A stretch of 36,270 nucleotides of DNA from an uncultured Rickettsiales bacterium (GTDB lineage Bacteria; Pseudomonadota; Alphaproteobacteria; Rickettsiales; UBA8987), in the NCBI GenBank assembly GCA_964352365.1, contig CAYGRX010000002.1, positions 1 to 36,270 on the forward strand, in the 5' to 3' direction. The notes below the pieces were generated by a model. That model did not search any database and was not told the DNA's origin. It saw only the letters and a list, made by a program, of their open reading frames with translations. Shown piece by piece: positions 36,095-36,270 of this stretch (its first letter is position 1; each line of letters starts with the position of its first letter). The translations under genes were made by a program, and so were the position numbers.

Positions 36095-36170
36095 TATAAT
36101 ATAAATAACATTGTTATGTCTCCAGTTATTTATAATTATAATATAAATAACTAGAAAATTCAGTTATTTA
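36095..36170. repeat. duplicated operator-like unit TATAATATAAATAAC-N-CAGTTATTTA
   Basis: Exact 15-nt direct repeat at 36095-36109 and 36137-36151. Each copy is followed by the inverted partner GTTATTTA (36125-36132 and 36163-36170). Located in the divergent spacer between the GCS2-like gene and the ORF starting at 36183. Confidence 0.55.
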
Positions 36171-36182
36171 AAAAAATATTAT

Positions 36183-36270
36183 ATGGAAAAAGGCCAATAC
36201 ACTCACCTTATAATCGTAGATAAAATTAACGATTTTATTATGCCTGATGATTCTAGGTATATAGTTAGTG
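36183..36270 (+). CDS. hypothetical protein, first 29 codons only (runs off the right edge)
   Basis: ATG at 36183 with the frame open to the window end (MEKGQYTHLIIVDKINDFIMPDDSRYIVS). Too short to classify. Confidence 0.3.
   Translation, partial: MEKGQYTHLIIVDKINDFIMPDDSRYIVS

Overview
AT-rich (roughly one-third GC by eye) chromosomal segment, most likely from an alphaproteobacterium. Evidence for that assignment: a tolC-popZ (DUF2497) pair, argS followed by a SPOR-domain gene, apaG, a fused double-ATPase yejF-like gene, and CtrA-type TTAA-N7-TTAA boxes. No rRNA, tRNA, CRISPR array, transposase or integrase was seen.

Left to right the window holds:
- an oxidative-stress island (oxyR divergent from ahpC-ahpD-dps, with an OxyR-type operator)
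- pyrB plus a degenerate dihydroorotase-like pyrC-prime
- a TolC with an N-terminal extension of about 380 codons
- popZ, yraN, a BON lipoprotein, ybeY, xth, argS, a SPOR protein, mnmG, an orphan ORF, apaG, the ABC ATPase and a small lipoprotein
- a GC-rich single-gene islet, then secA, an orphan 2-TM protein, glmS, a class IV aminotransferase and a membrane protein
- an accessory-looking right arm: rimK and an AstE/AspA-family deacylase, two tandem RTX calcium-binding paralogues, a GNAT-nitrilase fusion and a convergent GCS2-type ligase.

Most interesting observations:
1. Amide-bond ligases and hydrolases of four folds are concentrated around the RTX pair. This may be an uncharacterised system for N-acyl or glutamyl peptide modification or metabolite synthesis.
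2. A nearly invariant 16-nt box, TT(A/G)ACAAA(A/G)(G/T)GTTAA(C/T), lies 70-81 nt upstream of five start codons.
3. A compositionally foreign transcription unit sits upstream of secA.
4. The RTX paralogues are conserved only at their promoter and N-terminal end and at their extreme C-terminus.

All product calls rest on motifs I recognise in the translations. No database search was possible.
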